DNA of 64,000 nt from Pseudomonadota bacterium (GTDB taxonomy: Bacteria > Desulfobacterota > Desulfovibrionia > Desulfovibrionales > Desulfovibrionaceae): contig JAEYTO010000007.1 of NCBI GenBank assembly GCA_023433925.1, positions 5,633 to 69,632 on the forward strand, written 5' to 3'. The position numbers were made by a program, and so were the translations under genes. Position 1 is the first letter of the stretch. Each line of letters opens with the position of its first letter. Under the pieces are notes generated by a model that did no database searches, was not told where the DNA came from, and saw only the letters and a program-made list of their open reading frames with translations. Positions 19,738-29,238 of the stretch are shown here, piece after piece.

Positions 19738-20462
19738 CTCGAATCTACGAAGCCCTGGAGCGCTCGGAGAAGGCCGCGTCGGAGCGCGGCATCGGCCGGC
19801 GGAACCTCAAGCTCGGCAGGATGAGCGAGAACCTCAAGGAGACCCTGCTCGGACTGCACCAGAACATCGTCGCGCTGCTGCCCGGCGAGGCCGGCCATGT
19901 CGTGCAGTTCATCAGCGCCCTGCCGGGCGAGGGCTCCACCGAGCTGTGCCGGGAGTTCGCCAAGGTGGCCACCCTGACCCTGGGCCGCAAGGTGCTTCTC
20001 CTGGATTCGGACCACGAGCGCTCGTTGCAGGCGGACTACTTCAACATCAAGCCCAACAAGGACGTGGAGGGCGACAACGGCCCGGGCGCGGCCAAGGGCG
20101 AGGTGATCCCGGCCTTTTGCCGCATCGGCGAGACGTCGCTCTACGTGACCAAGGTGCGGGGCCGCGGGAAGCCGCACCAGCTCATGCTCAACCCAGGCAA
20201 GGCCAGGAATTTCTTCGACTCGGCCCGCTCCACCTTCGACCTGGTGCTCGTGGACTCGCCGGCCGCGGCCGAGAGCGCCGGAAGCCTGTCCCTGACGCCC
20301 CTCTCGGACGGCGTGGTCATCGTGGTGGAGGCGGGCAGAACCCGCTGGCAGGTGGCCGACACGCTGGCCAACCGCATCCGGGCCCTGGGCGGTAACATCC
20401 TTGGGGTGCTGCTCAACAAGCGGGAGTACCCCATACCGCAATTCATCTACGACCGCGTCTAA
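19734..20462 (+). CDS. CpsD/CapB-family tyrosine kinase homologue (probable pseudokinase)
   Basis: SALPGEGST (Walker A Lys absent), LLLDSD, VLVDSP, LGVLLNK. Confidence 0.82.
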   Translation: MTRIYEALERSEKAASERGIGRRNLKLGRMSENLKETLLGLHQNIVALLPGEAGHVVQFISALPGEGSTELCREFAKVATLTLGRKVLLLDSDHERSLQADYFNIKPNKDVEGDNGPGAAKGEVIPAFCRIGETSLYVTKVRGRGKPHQLMLNPGKARNFFDSARSTFDLVLVDSPAAAESAGSLSLTPLSDGVVIVVEAGRTRWQVADTLANRIRALGGNILGVLLNKREYPIPQFIYDRV

Positions 20463-20493
20463 CCTGGAACGCTAACAAGAGGAAAGGCGGTAC

Positions 20494-21654
20494 ATGGCTC
20501 TCACGGACATGTTCAGACACTTTTCCCGCAGGACCGGCGGAGACCCGCAGGTGCCGGGCCTCCTGGACATGCGGGGCTTCAAGCGGGCCCTGGACAAGAG
20601 CCGCGAGCGGGCCGAGCGCTGCGGCCATCCCTTCGCCATGGTGGCCTTCGCGCCGGGCGAGCCGGGCTCGGACGGCCTGGGCAGGCTCGCCCGGCAGGTG
20701 GTCGACAGGGCCAGGCTCTCGGATGAGGCGGGCTGGTGCGACGACGGACGCCTGGGTGTCATCCTTTACGGCGCATCGGGCGATTCGGCGCGCGTCTTCG
20801 CCGAGGCGGTGCTCCAGGACGGCCAGGGGAGCAGGTTCAGCTACACCGTTTATTCCTATCCCGGACGCGATGCCACGGATGGCGGCCAGGGAGGCGCGGG
20901 CGGCCCGAAGACGGTCCCGGACCGTCCGGCCGAGGGGCGGCGCGGCACGGATGGCGGCGACACGCGGCGCAGCCGCATGGACGAGTGCCAGGGCCTATTC
21001 GCCAAGCCGCACCCGATCTGGAAACGGCTCCTGGACGTGGCCGGAGCGAGCCTGGCGCTCCTTTTGGCCTCGCCGTTCATGCTCGCCGCGGCCCTGTGGA
21101 TCAGGGCCGTCTCGCCAGGGCCGGTATTTTTCCGCCAGGAGCGCCTGGGCCGGGGAGGCAGGCCGTTCACCATGCTCAAGTTCCGCACCATGTCGGTCAG
21201 CGGCGACGAGTCCCGCCACCAGGACTACATGTGCAAGGTCATCACCGACGGCGAGGCGCCCATGACCAAGCTGGACACGGCCGATCCGCGCATCATCCGC
21301 GGCGGCAGGCTCCTGCGCAAGCTGTGCATCGACGAGCTGCCCCAGCTCTTCAACGTGCTCATGGGCCGGATGAGCCTCGTGGGGCCCAGGCCGCCCATCG
21401 CCTACGAGGTGGCCGAGTACCAGCGCTGGTGCCGCGGCAGGCTGGACTGCGTGCCGGGCATGACCGGCCTGTGGCAGGTCAGCGGCAAGAACAGGCTGAC
21501 GTTCAAGGAGATGGCCAGGCTGGACATCTATTACGCCAACAACCTCTCGCCCTGGTTCGACCTGAAGATCATGCTGCGCACGCCCCTGGCCATCGTGCGC
21601 CAGCTCCTGGACGGGTCGGCCAGGGAGGCCAAGGGGCGGGCCGAGAGCGCGTGA
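20494..21654 (+). CDS. Priming sugar-phosphate transferase with N-terminal degenerate GGDEF-like domain
   Basis: KRLLDV, FRQERLG, KFRTM, IDELPQLFNVL, MSLVGPRP, PGMTGLWQV. Confidence 0.92.
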   Translation: MALTDMFRHFSRRTGGDPQVPGLLDMRGFKRALDKSRERAERCGHPFAMVAFAPGEPGSDGLGRLARQVVDRARLSDEAGWCDDGRLGVILYGASGDSARVFAEAVLQDGQGSRFSYTVYSYPGRDATDGGQGGAGGPKTVPDRPAEGRRGTDGGDTRRSRMDECQGLFAKPHPIWKRLLDVAGASLALLLASPFMLAAALWIRAVSPGPVFFRQERLGRGGRPFTMLKFRTMSVSGDESRHQDYMCKVITDGEAPMTKLDTADPRIIRGGRLLRKLCIDELPQLFNVLMGRMSLVGPRPPIAYEVAEYQRWCRGRLDCVPGMTGLWQVSGKNRLTFKEMARLDIYYANNLSPWFDLKIMLRTPLAIVRQLLDGSAREAKGRAESA

Positions 21655-21751
21655 GGGCCTTGAGGCCGGAGACTGTCGCCGGAAGCCGTCACGCGGCCCG
21701 GCGATGAAAAGGGACGGCGCGCCAGGCATCGCGCGCCAGGAGGAGGGACAT

Positions 21752-22687
21752 ATGCTGGCCTTGGCCACGTTCATGGACAGCGGGTCGGATATGGAGCAGC
21801 CGGGGCGCTACGCCCTGGTGACCCCGGCCCGCAACGAGGAGCGCTTCATCGGCCGGACCATCGCGGCCGTGGCTCGCCAGTCGGCGCTGCCCGAGCGCTG
21901 GATCATCGTTGACGACGGAAGCTCGGACAACACGTCGGGAATCGTGCGCGACATGTCCCGGCGGTTGCCGTTCATCCGCCTGCTGTCCCGGCCGGCGGGC
22001 AGCGGCCGCAACTTCGGGTCCAAGGTGCGCGCCTTCGAGGCGGGCGTGCGGGAATTGGCGAACGTGGACTACGACTACATCGGCATCCTGGACGCGGACA
22101 TCACCCTGGGCCAGACCTACTACGAGACAGTCATGCAGCGCATGGCCGCCGAGCCGAGGCTCGGGCTGGCCGGCGGCGTGCGGCGCTACGACCTGGACGG
22201 CAACAAGCGCTACCGCGTGCTCTCCAAGCCCTGGAGCGTGTGCGGCGCCGTGCAGTTCTTCCGCCGCCGGTGCTTCGAGGAGATCGGCGGCTTCCTGCCC
22301 CTCAAGTGCGGCAGCGAGGACGCCCTGGCCGAGATCATGGCACGCATGAAGGGCTGGGAGGTGCGGGCCTTCCCGGACCTGATCGTCCACCACCACAAGC
22401 GCATGGGCTCCGGGAGCGGCAGCATCCTGCGCGCGCGTTTCCGCGAGGGCCAGGCCGACAGCACCCTGCGCACCCACCCGGTCTACGAGGCGGCCAAGCT
22501 CCTCTACCGCATGGCCGAGAAGCCTTACGTGGTGGGCAGCCTGACCCGCCTGGCCGGCTATTGCGCCGGCAATCCCGAAGGCTGCATCCCCGAGGACGTG
22601 GCCGTCTATCATCGCCGCGAGCAGCTCGACCGCCTGCGCTGGCTCGCCCGCAAGACCCTGGGCCTGAAGCCAAGGCCCGGCGCATGA
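21752..22687 (+). CDS. Glycosyltransferase family 2
   Basis: VTPARNEE, VDDGSSD, ILDAD; exact start uncertain (21704/21752/21791). Confidence 0.88.
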   Translation: MLALATFMDSGSDMEQPGRYALVTPARNEERFIGRTIAAVARQSALPERWIIVDDGSSDNTSGIVRDMSRRLPFIRLLSRPAGSGRNFGSKVRAFEAGVRELANVDYDYIGILDADITLGQTYYETVMQRMAAEPRLGLAGGVRRYDLDGNKRYRVLSKPWSVCGAVQFFRRRCFEEIGGFLPLKCGSEDALAEIMARMKGWEVRAFPDLIVHHHKRMGSGSGSILRARFREGQADSTLRTHPVYEAAKLLYRMAEKPYVVGSLTRLAGYCAGNPEGCIPEDVAVYHRREQLDRLRWLARKTLGLKPRPGA

Positions 22688-22833
22688 GCCGCGAGGACCT
22701 CTGGCCGATCGGCTCCATGATGCCCCTGGAAGTATCCGAACGGGCGATTGAACCCGAGGAGTGGAGCATGTATTCCCGGATCATGGCCATGAAAGCCTTG
22801 CCCTGGGCCTGCCACGGGGGCGCCAGGCCATGA
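22684..22833 (+). CDS. Possible 49-aa small protein
   Basis: ATGA overlaps with both neighbouring genes. Confidence 0.3.
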   Translation: MSREDLWPIGSMMPLEVSERAIEPEEWSMYSRIMAMKALPWACHGGARP

Positions 22834-24335
22834 ACGGCGCGCGTTCCCAGGTTCAGGGCCAGACGCTCGTCGTGGCCATGGCTTCGGGCTTCGGCCTGCT
22901 CGCGGCGGCCGGGCTGGCCTTCCTGCCCCTGAAGGTCGCCCTGGCCGCCTGCATCGGCATCGCGGCCGCGGTCGTGTCCGCGCTGAGGCTGGAGTACGGC
23001 CTGGGCCTGCTCTTCGCCATGGTCATATTCTTCAGCGACACGGGCGAGGGCATCCCCGGCAGAAACCTGGTCATGTTCGACCCGGACCCGCCGGGGCTCC
23101 CGCCGGCCACGGTGAGCTTCCTTCTCTTCATGGCCGGGCTGACCTTCCTGCGCAGGATTCTCCTGGAGCGGCGCAAGTCCCTGGTCTCGCCCTGGGCCAT
23201 GCTGGCCTTCGCCGGCATCGTCGCCCTGAGCTGGCTGACGGGCAAGGCGGGCGGCTGGGCGGCCGAGGACATCGCGCTGGACGCCACGCGCTGGATATTC
23301 CCCCTGGCCTGCTGGTTCGTGTGCGTCAACGTGCTCGATTCCCACGAGCGCATATGGCGGGTGCTCGTCGTGGTCTTCGCGGTCTGCGCGGTCAAGGCGG
23401 TCCTGCTCCTGGCATTCTGGGCCGCGGGCCGGGGCTTCCTGTACGAGAACTACTCCATCGTCTCCCGCGACTCGGCCGAGCTCATGGCCTTCTCGGCCAT
23501 GGTCCTCGCCGCGACCGCCCTGCTCGCCTCCGGACGGGTGCGGGGCCTGAATCGCATGGTGCTCGTGGCCGGCTCGCTGCCCATGCTCATGGCCGTCGTC
23601 TTCTCCTTCAGGCGCGGCCACTGGCTGGGCCTGGTCATGGGCCTGGGCCTGCTCTGGCTCTGGTCCGACCGGGCCTCGCGGATGCGGCTCGCGCGCATGG
23701 CCCTGCTGGGCGTGCTCCTGGCCCTGCCCGTGGGCATCATGGCCGCGGCCTATTCGGAGAAAGGCATCACGGGCACGGTGGCGCGCATCGGCGAGCGCTT
23801 CACGACCATCTTCGACAACCGCCAGTACTCCAACGTGCACCACCGGCTGGAGTCCTGGGTGACTCTCCAGGACATCATGGAGCAGCCGCTGCGGGGCCTG
23901 GGCCTCGGCTCGCACCACAGCCCGGTGCCAAGCGCCTTCGTGCAGGGCTGGCAGGAAGAGGACCAGCCCACCGAGGTCGTGCACAACGGCTTCTTGTACC
24001 TCTGGATGAAGCTCGGACTGCCGGGGCTGCTCTTCGCCCTGTGGCTCGGCTGGCGCACCCTGCGCCGGCTGCGGAGCTTCCGGCGCGACATGCCGGACAA
24101 CCCGGCGCGGCCGCTCATCGTGGGCCTGTCCTCGGTGTTCGGGGTCTGGCTGCTCATGCTCCTGACCGGGCCGGTATTCTCCTACAGGCACCAGTCCTAC
24201 CTCGTCGTCCTGTTCCTCGTGCTCATCGGGAACCTGCTGGCCCTGGAGGAGCACAGGGCGGCCCTGGCCGGACACGGCACGGCCCCGCACGCCTCCGAGA
24301 GCGCGGCCGCGCCCGGCGCCGCGAGAACCATCTAG
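22830..24335 (+). CDS. O-antigen ligase/Wzy-type polymerase
   Basis: Many TM helices, SFRRGHWLG, PLRGLGLG, VHNGFL...LGLPG. Confidence 0.85.
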   Translation: MNGARSQVQGQTLVVAMASGFGLLAAAGLAFLPLKVALAACIGIAAAVVSALRLEYGLGLLFAMVIFFSDTGEGIPGRNLVMFDPDPPGLPPATVSFLLFMAGLTFLRRILLERRKSLVSPWAMLAFAGIVALSWLTGKAGGWAAEDIALDATRWIFPLACWFVCVNVLDSHERIWRVLVVVFAVCAVKAVLLLAFWAAGRGFLYENYSIVSRDSAELMAFSAMVLAATALLASGRVRGLNRMVLVAGSLPMLMAVVFSFRRGHWLGLVMGLGLLWLWSDRASRMRLARMALLGVLLALPVGIMAAAYSEKGITGTVARIGERFTTIFDNRQYSNVHHRLESWVTLQDIMEQPLRGLGLGSHHSPVPSAFVQGWQEEDQPTEVVHNGFLYLWMKLGLPGLLFALWLGWRTLRRLRSFRRDMPDNPARPLIVGLSSVFGVWLLMLLTGPVFSYRHQSYLVVLFLVLIGNLLALEEHRAALAGHGTAPHASESAAAPGAARTI

Positions 24336-24351
24336 CCCGAACGGAAGCCAA

Positions 24352-25899
24352 ATGGCCAAGAAGCATCAGACGCTGCACAACGCGCTCTTCAATACCGCGA
24401 GCTGGGTCTTCTCCATCGGCATCAACTTCGTCTTCCTGCCGTACATCGTGGCCATGCTGGGCACCGAGGCCTACGGCATATTCGTGCTCATCCTGGCGGT
24501 CATCGGCTACTTCGCCATGCTCGAGCTCAACCTGGGCCAGGCCATGACCAAGTACGTGGCCGAGTATCACGCCAAGGGCGACCTTTCGCAGGTCAACGAC
24601 ATCATCGGCTCGACCATGCTCCTCTACCTGCTGTTGGGCCTGGCGGGCGGCGGGATCATCTTCGGCCTGGCCGACGTGCTGGCCAGGGGCTTCCTCAAGG
24701 TCCCGCCCGAGCTTCAGGACACGGCCGTGGCCGCCTTCAAGGTCGGCTCCGTGGGCTTCGTGCTGACCATGCTCGTCACGGCCATGCAGTCCATCCCCTG
24801 GGGCCTCAACCGCTACGACGTGAGCAGCAGGGTGACCATGGCCATGAACCTGCTGACCACCATGGCCATGGTCGGCCTGCTGGTCATGGGCTTCGGCCTG
24901 CTGGAGGTCGTGCTCGTCAACGTGGCCGTGCCCCTGCTTGGCGTCTTGACCTACGTGGTCGTCTGCCGCGGGCTTCTGCCGGGCATCCGGCTGCGCCCCG
25001 TGTTCAGGCCCGGCCCCTTGCGGACCATCCTCCACTTCGGCCTGTACTCGTCGCTCAGCCGGCTGTCCGGGGTGCTGCGCTTCCAGGCCGACCGCATCCT
25101 CACGGGCGCCATCCTGGGCCTGTCCTGGGTGACCTACTACGTGGTGCCCTTCAACCTCGTGCGCAAGCTCATGACCGTGACCTACCTCGTGGGCTCGGTC
25201 ATCCTGCCGCTGGTCAGCGGCTTGCAGGGCGCGCAGGACCACAAGGCCATCGTGGCCCTGTATCTCAAGGCCTCGCGGCTCATCGCCACCATCGCCCTGT
25301 GCGTCTGCCTGCCGCTCATGCTCTTCGGCGGCCGCTTCCTGGGCTTCTGGATGGGCCAGGAGTTCGCGGGCAAGGCCGGGCTGGTCACCGCGCTCATCAC
25401 CGCCGCGCTCCTGGTGGACGCCTTCACCAACGTCCCGTCCATCGTGGTGGACGGCCTGGGCCGGCCCAAGATCACCGGCCTGTTCTCCATCGCCACGGCC
25501 CTGATCAACCTGGCCCTGGTCTATCCCCTGGGCAAGCTCCTGGGCGTGAACGGCATCGCCGTGGCCTTCCTGGCCAGCAACCTCATGGTCGGCCCGGTCT
25601 TCGTCTGGTACGCCAACAACCGCGTGCTGGGCCATGACCTGCGCTCCCTGGCCAGGCGCGCCTACCTGCCGCCCCTGGCGGCCGGGGCCATGGCCGCCGT
25701 CCTGACGTGGATCTTCCTGGCGCCCCTGGCCACAAGCCTGCTGACCCTGCTGGCGGTCATGGCCGCAAACTCGCTGCTCTTCCTGCTGTCGGCCTGCCTC
25801 ACGGGGGCCATCAGCCGCGAGGAGCTGGCCCAGGCCGCCGAGTACGCCCAGCCCATGCTCGCGCGCCTGCGGCCGCGCTTCGGGAGGCAGCAGTCATGA
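24352..25899 (+). CDS. Wzx-type oligosaccharide flippase
   Basis: LGTEAYG, NLGQAMTKYVAE, ADRILTGAILG; many TM helices. Confidence 0.9.
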   Translation: MAKKHQTLHNALFNTASWVFSIGINFVFLPYIVAMLGTEAYGIFVLILAVIGYFAMLELNLGQAMTKYVAEYHAKGDLSQVNDIIGSTMLLYLLLGLAGGGIIFGLADVLARGFLKVPPELQDTAVAAFKVGSVGFVLTMLVTAMQSIPWGLNRYDVSSRVTMAMNLLTTMAMVGLLVMGFGLLEVVLVNVAVPLLGVLTYVVVCRGLLPGIRLRPVFRPGPLRTILHFGLYSSLSRLSGVLRFQADRILTGAILGLSWVTYYVVPFNLVRKLMTVTYLVGSVILPLVSGLQGAQDHKAIVALYLKASRLIATIALCVCLPLMLFGGRFLGFWMGQEFAGKAGLVTALITAALLVDAFTNVPSIVVDGLGRPKITGLFSIATALINLALVYPLGKLLGVNGIAVAFLASNLMVGPVFVWYANNRVLGHDLRSLARRAYLPPLAAGAMAAVLTWIFLAPLATSLLTLLAVMAANSLLFLLSACLTGAISREELAQAAEYAQPMLARLRPRFGRQQS

Positions 25900-27290
25900 C
25901 CATCGCCTCCGAGCGCACGAGCCGCGCGGCCGCCCCAACCTCTCGGGCGCCGGCCATCCTCCAGGCCAATGTGTTCGACACGCGCGGCGGCGCGGCGCGC
26001 ATCGCCTGGTATCTGCACCAAGCCTACCTGGCCGCCGGCCGCGAGGCCTTCATGGCCGTGGGCGTCAAGTTCAGCGACGACCCGCACGTCCTGGCCCTGC
26101 CCAACAACGCGCGGCGCGGACTCTGGGCCGGGCCGCTGCGCGGCCTGGAGCACGAGCTCATCCTGCGTGGCGTGCGGCTCCTGCCCGGCCTGGCGCGCAG
26201 CCTGTCCTACCTGGCCGAACCGGGCCGGCTCCTGGACAAGCGCGCGGGCCGCGAGGACTTCGCCTACCCGGCCACGCGCGAGGTGCTCGAACTCGCGCCG
26301 GCCAGGCCCGGCATCCTGCACGCCCACGCGCTGCACAGCGGCTGGTTCGACCTGCGCGAGCTGCCGCGCCTGAGCCGGGAGCTGCCCACGGTCGTGACCA
26401 TGCACGACGAATGGCTGGCCACGGGCCACTGCGCCTATGCCGGCGACTGCGGGCGCTACCTCTCGGGCTGCGGGAGCTGCCCGGACCTGTCGGCCTATCC
26501 GCCCGTGCGGCGCGACGCCACGGCCTTCAACTGGCAACGCAAGCGCGACATCCTGGCCCGCTGCCGGCTGCACGTGGCCACGCCGAGCCGCTGGCTCCTG
26601 GACAGGCTGCTGGCGGCCTTCCCCGAGTGGGAGCCCACGGCGCGGGTGGTGCGCAACGGCGTGGACCTGGGCGTGTTCCGGCCGGACGACCGCCTGGCGG
26701 ACAGGGCCGTGCTGGGCATCGCTCCCGAGGAGCGCGTGGTGCTCTACATGGCCCACGGCGGCCGGGACAACGCACGCAAGGGCTTCGACACGGCCCGGCA
26801 GGCCTTCCTGCGGGCCGCGGCGCGCTCGGACGCGCCCATGCTCATGCTCTGCCTGGGCGGGAGCGACCCGGAGGAAGGCGGCGGGAACTGGCGCATCCGC
26901 TCCACGGGCTTCGTGGCGGGCATGGACCTGGTGGCGCGCCATTACCGGGCCGCGGACGTCTTCCTCCACTCGGCGGCGCAGGACAACTACCCGAACACGG
27001 TGCTCGAAGCCCAGGCCTGCGGCACGCCGGTGGTGGCCATGGCCGTGGGCGGCGTGCCCGAGCAGGTGCTCGACGGCCAGACCGGCCACCTCGTCCCGGC
27101 CGGCGATGCCGAGGCCATGGCCGACATCCTGGCCGGGCTGCTGGACAACCCGCGCGGGCGCGAGGCCATGGGCTGGCGCGCGGCGGCCGTGGCGCGCGAC
27201 CGCCATGGCGTGCAGCGCATGGCCGGGGAATACCTCGACTGGTACGCCGAGCTGGCGGCCCGAGCCGCGCACGAAACGGAGAACGCATGA
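25896..27290 (+). CDS. Glycosyltransferase family 4 (WcaC-like)
   Basis: GGAARIA, TMHDEWLATGHCAY...C...CGSCP, DNYPNTVLEAQACGTPVV. Confidence 0.88.
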   Translation: MTIASERTSRAAAPTSRAPAILQANVFDTRGGAARIAWYLHQAYLAAGREAFMAVGVKFSDDPHVLALPNNARRGLWAGPLRGLEHELILRGVRLLPGLARSLSYLAEPGRLLDKRAGREDFAYPATREVLELAPARPGILHAHALHSGWFDLRELPRLSRELPTVVTMHDEWLATGHCAYAGDCGRYLSGCGSCPDLSAYPPVRRDATAFNWQRKRDILARCRLHVATPSRWLLDRLLAAFPEWEPTARVVRNGVDLGVFRPDDRLADRAVLGIAPEERVVLYMAHGGRDNARKGFDTARQAFLRAAARSDAPMLMLCLGGSDPEEGGGNWRIRSTGFVAGMDLVARHYRAADVFLHSAAQDNYPNTVLEAQACGTPVVAMAVGGVPEQVLDGQTGHLVPAGDAEAMADILAGLLDNPRGREAMGWRAAAVARDRHGVQRMAGEYLDWYAELAARAAHETENA

Positions 27291-28180
27291 GCCAGACCCG
27301 CACGGTCTTCTCCATCGTCACGCCCTCCTTCAACCAGGCGGCCTTCCTGCCCAGGACCATCGAGAGCGTTTTGACCCAGGAGGGCGACTTCGAGATCGAG
27401 CACGTGGTCAAGGACGGCGGCTCCACCGACGGCTCCGTGGAGGTGCTGGAGCGCTACCGGCGCATGGTCGAGTCCGGCGGGCTGCCCTGCCGCTGCCGGG
27501 GCGTGTCCTTCCGCTACACGTCCGGCCCGGACGGCGGCCAGTACGCGGCCATCAACGCGGGCTTCGCCGAGACCTCGGGCAACGTCATGGCCTGGCTCAA
27601 CAGCGACGACATGTACCTGCCGGGCGCGCTGGCCACCGTGGCCAAGGTCTTCGGGCAGTTCCCCGAGGTGTCCTGGATCACCTCCAACCAGACCAAGGTC
27701 AACGGCCAGGGCATGATCGTCGAGCTGGACATCGTCGGCCCGTTCCCGCGCGACATGGTGCGCCGGGGCCTGTTCAACGGCCGTGACGGCAAGTTCATCC
27801 AGCAGGAGTCCACCTTCTGGCGGCGCTCCCTGTGGGACAAGGCCGGCGGGCTCGACGCGCGCTACGACTACGCGGCGGACTTCGACCTGTGGACCCGCTT
27901 CGCGGACCATGCCGAACTCGTGCTCGTGGACACGCTGCTCGGCGCGTTCCGTCGGCACGGGGCCCAGAAGACGGCGGCCTTCGAGCGCTACGAGCGCGAG
28001 ATGGCCGGCCTCATGACCCGCGGGCCGGTGGACAGGGCGCGCATGTTCGCCATGCGCGGGCTGTCCCGCGTTCGCGGCCTGGATCGCGTGAGCCTGTGCG
28101 GCCTGTCGGCCCCGGCCGTGACCTACTGCCGGGAGACGGACACGTGGCGCATGCGCAGGCTGAGGGGCGCGCGGCGCTAG
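27287..28180 (+). CDS. Glycosyltransferase family 2
   Basis: SIVTPSFNQ, DGGSTDGS, WLNSDD, QESTFWRR. Confidence 0.9.
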   Translation: MSQTRTVFSIVTPSFNQAAFLPRTIESVLTQEGDFEIEHVVKDGGSTDGSVEVLERYRRMVESGGLPCRCRGVSFRYTSGPDGGQYAAINAGFAETSGNVMAWLNSDDMYLPGALATVAKVFGQFPEVSWITSNQTKVNGQGMIVELDIVGPFPRDMVRRGLFNGRDGKFIQQESTFWRRSLWDKAGGLDARYDYAADFDLWTRFADHAELVLVDTLLGAFRRHGAQKTAAFERYEREMAGLMTRGPVDRARMFAMRGLSRVRGLDRVSLCGLSAPAVTYCRETDTWRMRRLRGARR

Positions 28181-28371
28181 CGTGGCGTCGCGCGGCATGC
28201 GCATGGGGCGGTCAACGAGGGTCGCGGTGCTGGCCAAGCAGGCCTCTTTTCCGCATTATGCTCAAGGGGCTACGGCGATGACCGGGTTCGAGCAAGGCGA
28301 CGCCCTGCTCATGGCGCCATGCAGGCCAACAGCAACCACGGCGGCGCAGCCGCCGGAAACGGAGAAAGTGC

Positions 28372-29145
28372 ATGTCCGGGAAGCAGCGCGGGGCCGGTCC
28401 CCGGCCCGATCCGCTCTTCAGCATCGTGACAGTGGTGCGCAACGGGGCCGAGACCCTGGAGCGCACCATCCATTCCGTGGCCGCGCAGGATTTCGGCGGC
28501 CACGAGTACATCGTGCTCGACGGCGCGTCCACGGACGGGACCCGCGAGATCATCGAGCGCAACGCCGGGCGCATCAGCCTGTGGCGCAGCGAGCCGGACC
28601 GGGGCGTGTACGACGCCATGAACAAGGCCCTGCCCCTGTGCAAGGGGGCGTACATCCTTTTTCTCAACTGCGGGGACTACCTCTCCGAGCCGGACATCCT
28701 CTCGCGCATGGCCAAGGAGGTCGCGGCCACGGACGCGGACATCGTGTACGGCAACGTGTATGAAAACTGGAAGGCCGAGGAGCGCATCGACAGGCCGAAC
28801 TTCCGCGAGAAGGGGGACCTGCTCTACAGGACCATCTGCCACCAGGCCATGTTCGCCTCGCGCCATGCCTATGAGGTCGTGGGCGGCTTCGACATGCGCT
28901 ACGCCATCTGCGCGGATCGCGAGTGGCTTCTGCGCGCGGTGTTCGAACACGGGCTTGCGCTGCACCATGCCGAAGTGCCCGTGTGCGTCTTCGACAACCA
29001 GAGCGGCCTCAGCTCGGCCCCGCGCTTCCGCAACCTGAAGCGCCGGGAGAACTGGCTGCTCAACGCCCGCTACTTCCCGCTGCGCTCGGTGGGCCTTTTT
29101 CTGCGCAGGGCCGCTGGCAAGCTGAGCCTCGTCGCAAGCTACTGA
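28372..29145 (+). CDS. Glycosyltransferase family 2 (WcaE-like)
   Basis: SIVTVVRN, DGASTDGT, SEPDRGVYDAMNK, FLNCGD. Confidence 0.9.
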   Translation: MSGKQRGAGPRPDPLFSIVTVVRNGAETLERTIHSVAAQDFGGHEYIVLDGASTDGTREIIERNAGRISLWRSEPDRGVYDAMNKALPLCKGAYILFLNCGDYLSEPDILSRMAKEVAATDADIVYGNVYENWKAEERIDRPNFREKGDLLYRTICHQAMFASRHAYEVVGGFDMRYAICADREWLLRAVFEHGLALHHAEVPVCVFDNQSGLSSAPRFRNLKRRENWLLNARYFPLRSVGLFLRRAAGKLSLVASY

Positions 29146-29163
29146 GGCAGGCGCGGGGGAACC

Positions 29164-29205
29164 ACAAGAAAGGCGGCGGGCTTATAAGCCCGCCGCCTTT
29201 CTTGT
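29164..29205. terminator. Perfect 42-bp palindrome, bidirectional terminator between convergent genes
   Basis: acaagaaaggcggcgggctta|taagcccgccgcctttcttgt. Confidence 0.8.
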
Positions 29206-29238
29206 CGATGAGATCGCACTTTCCGCCGCTGGGCTTAA

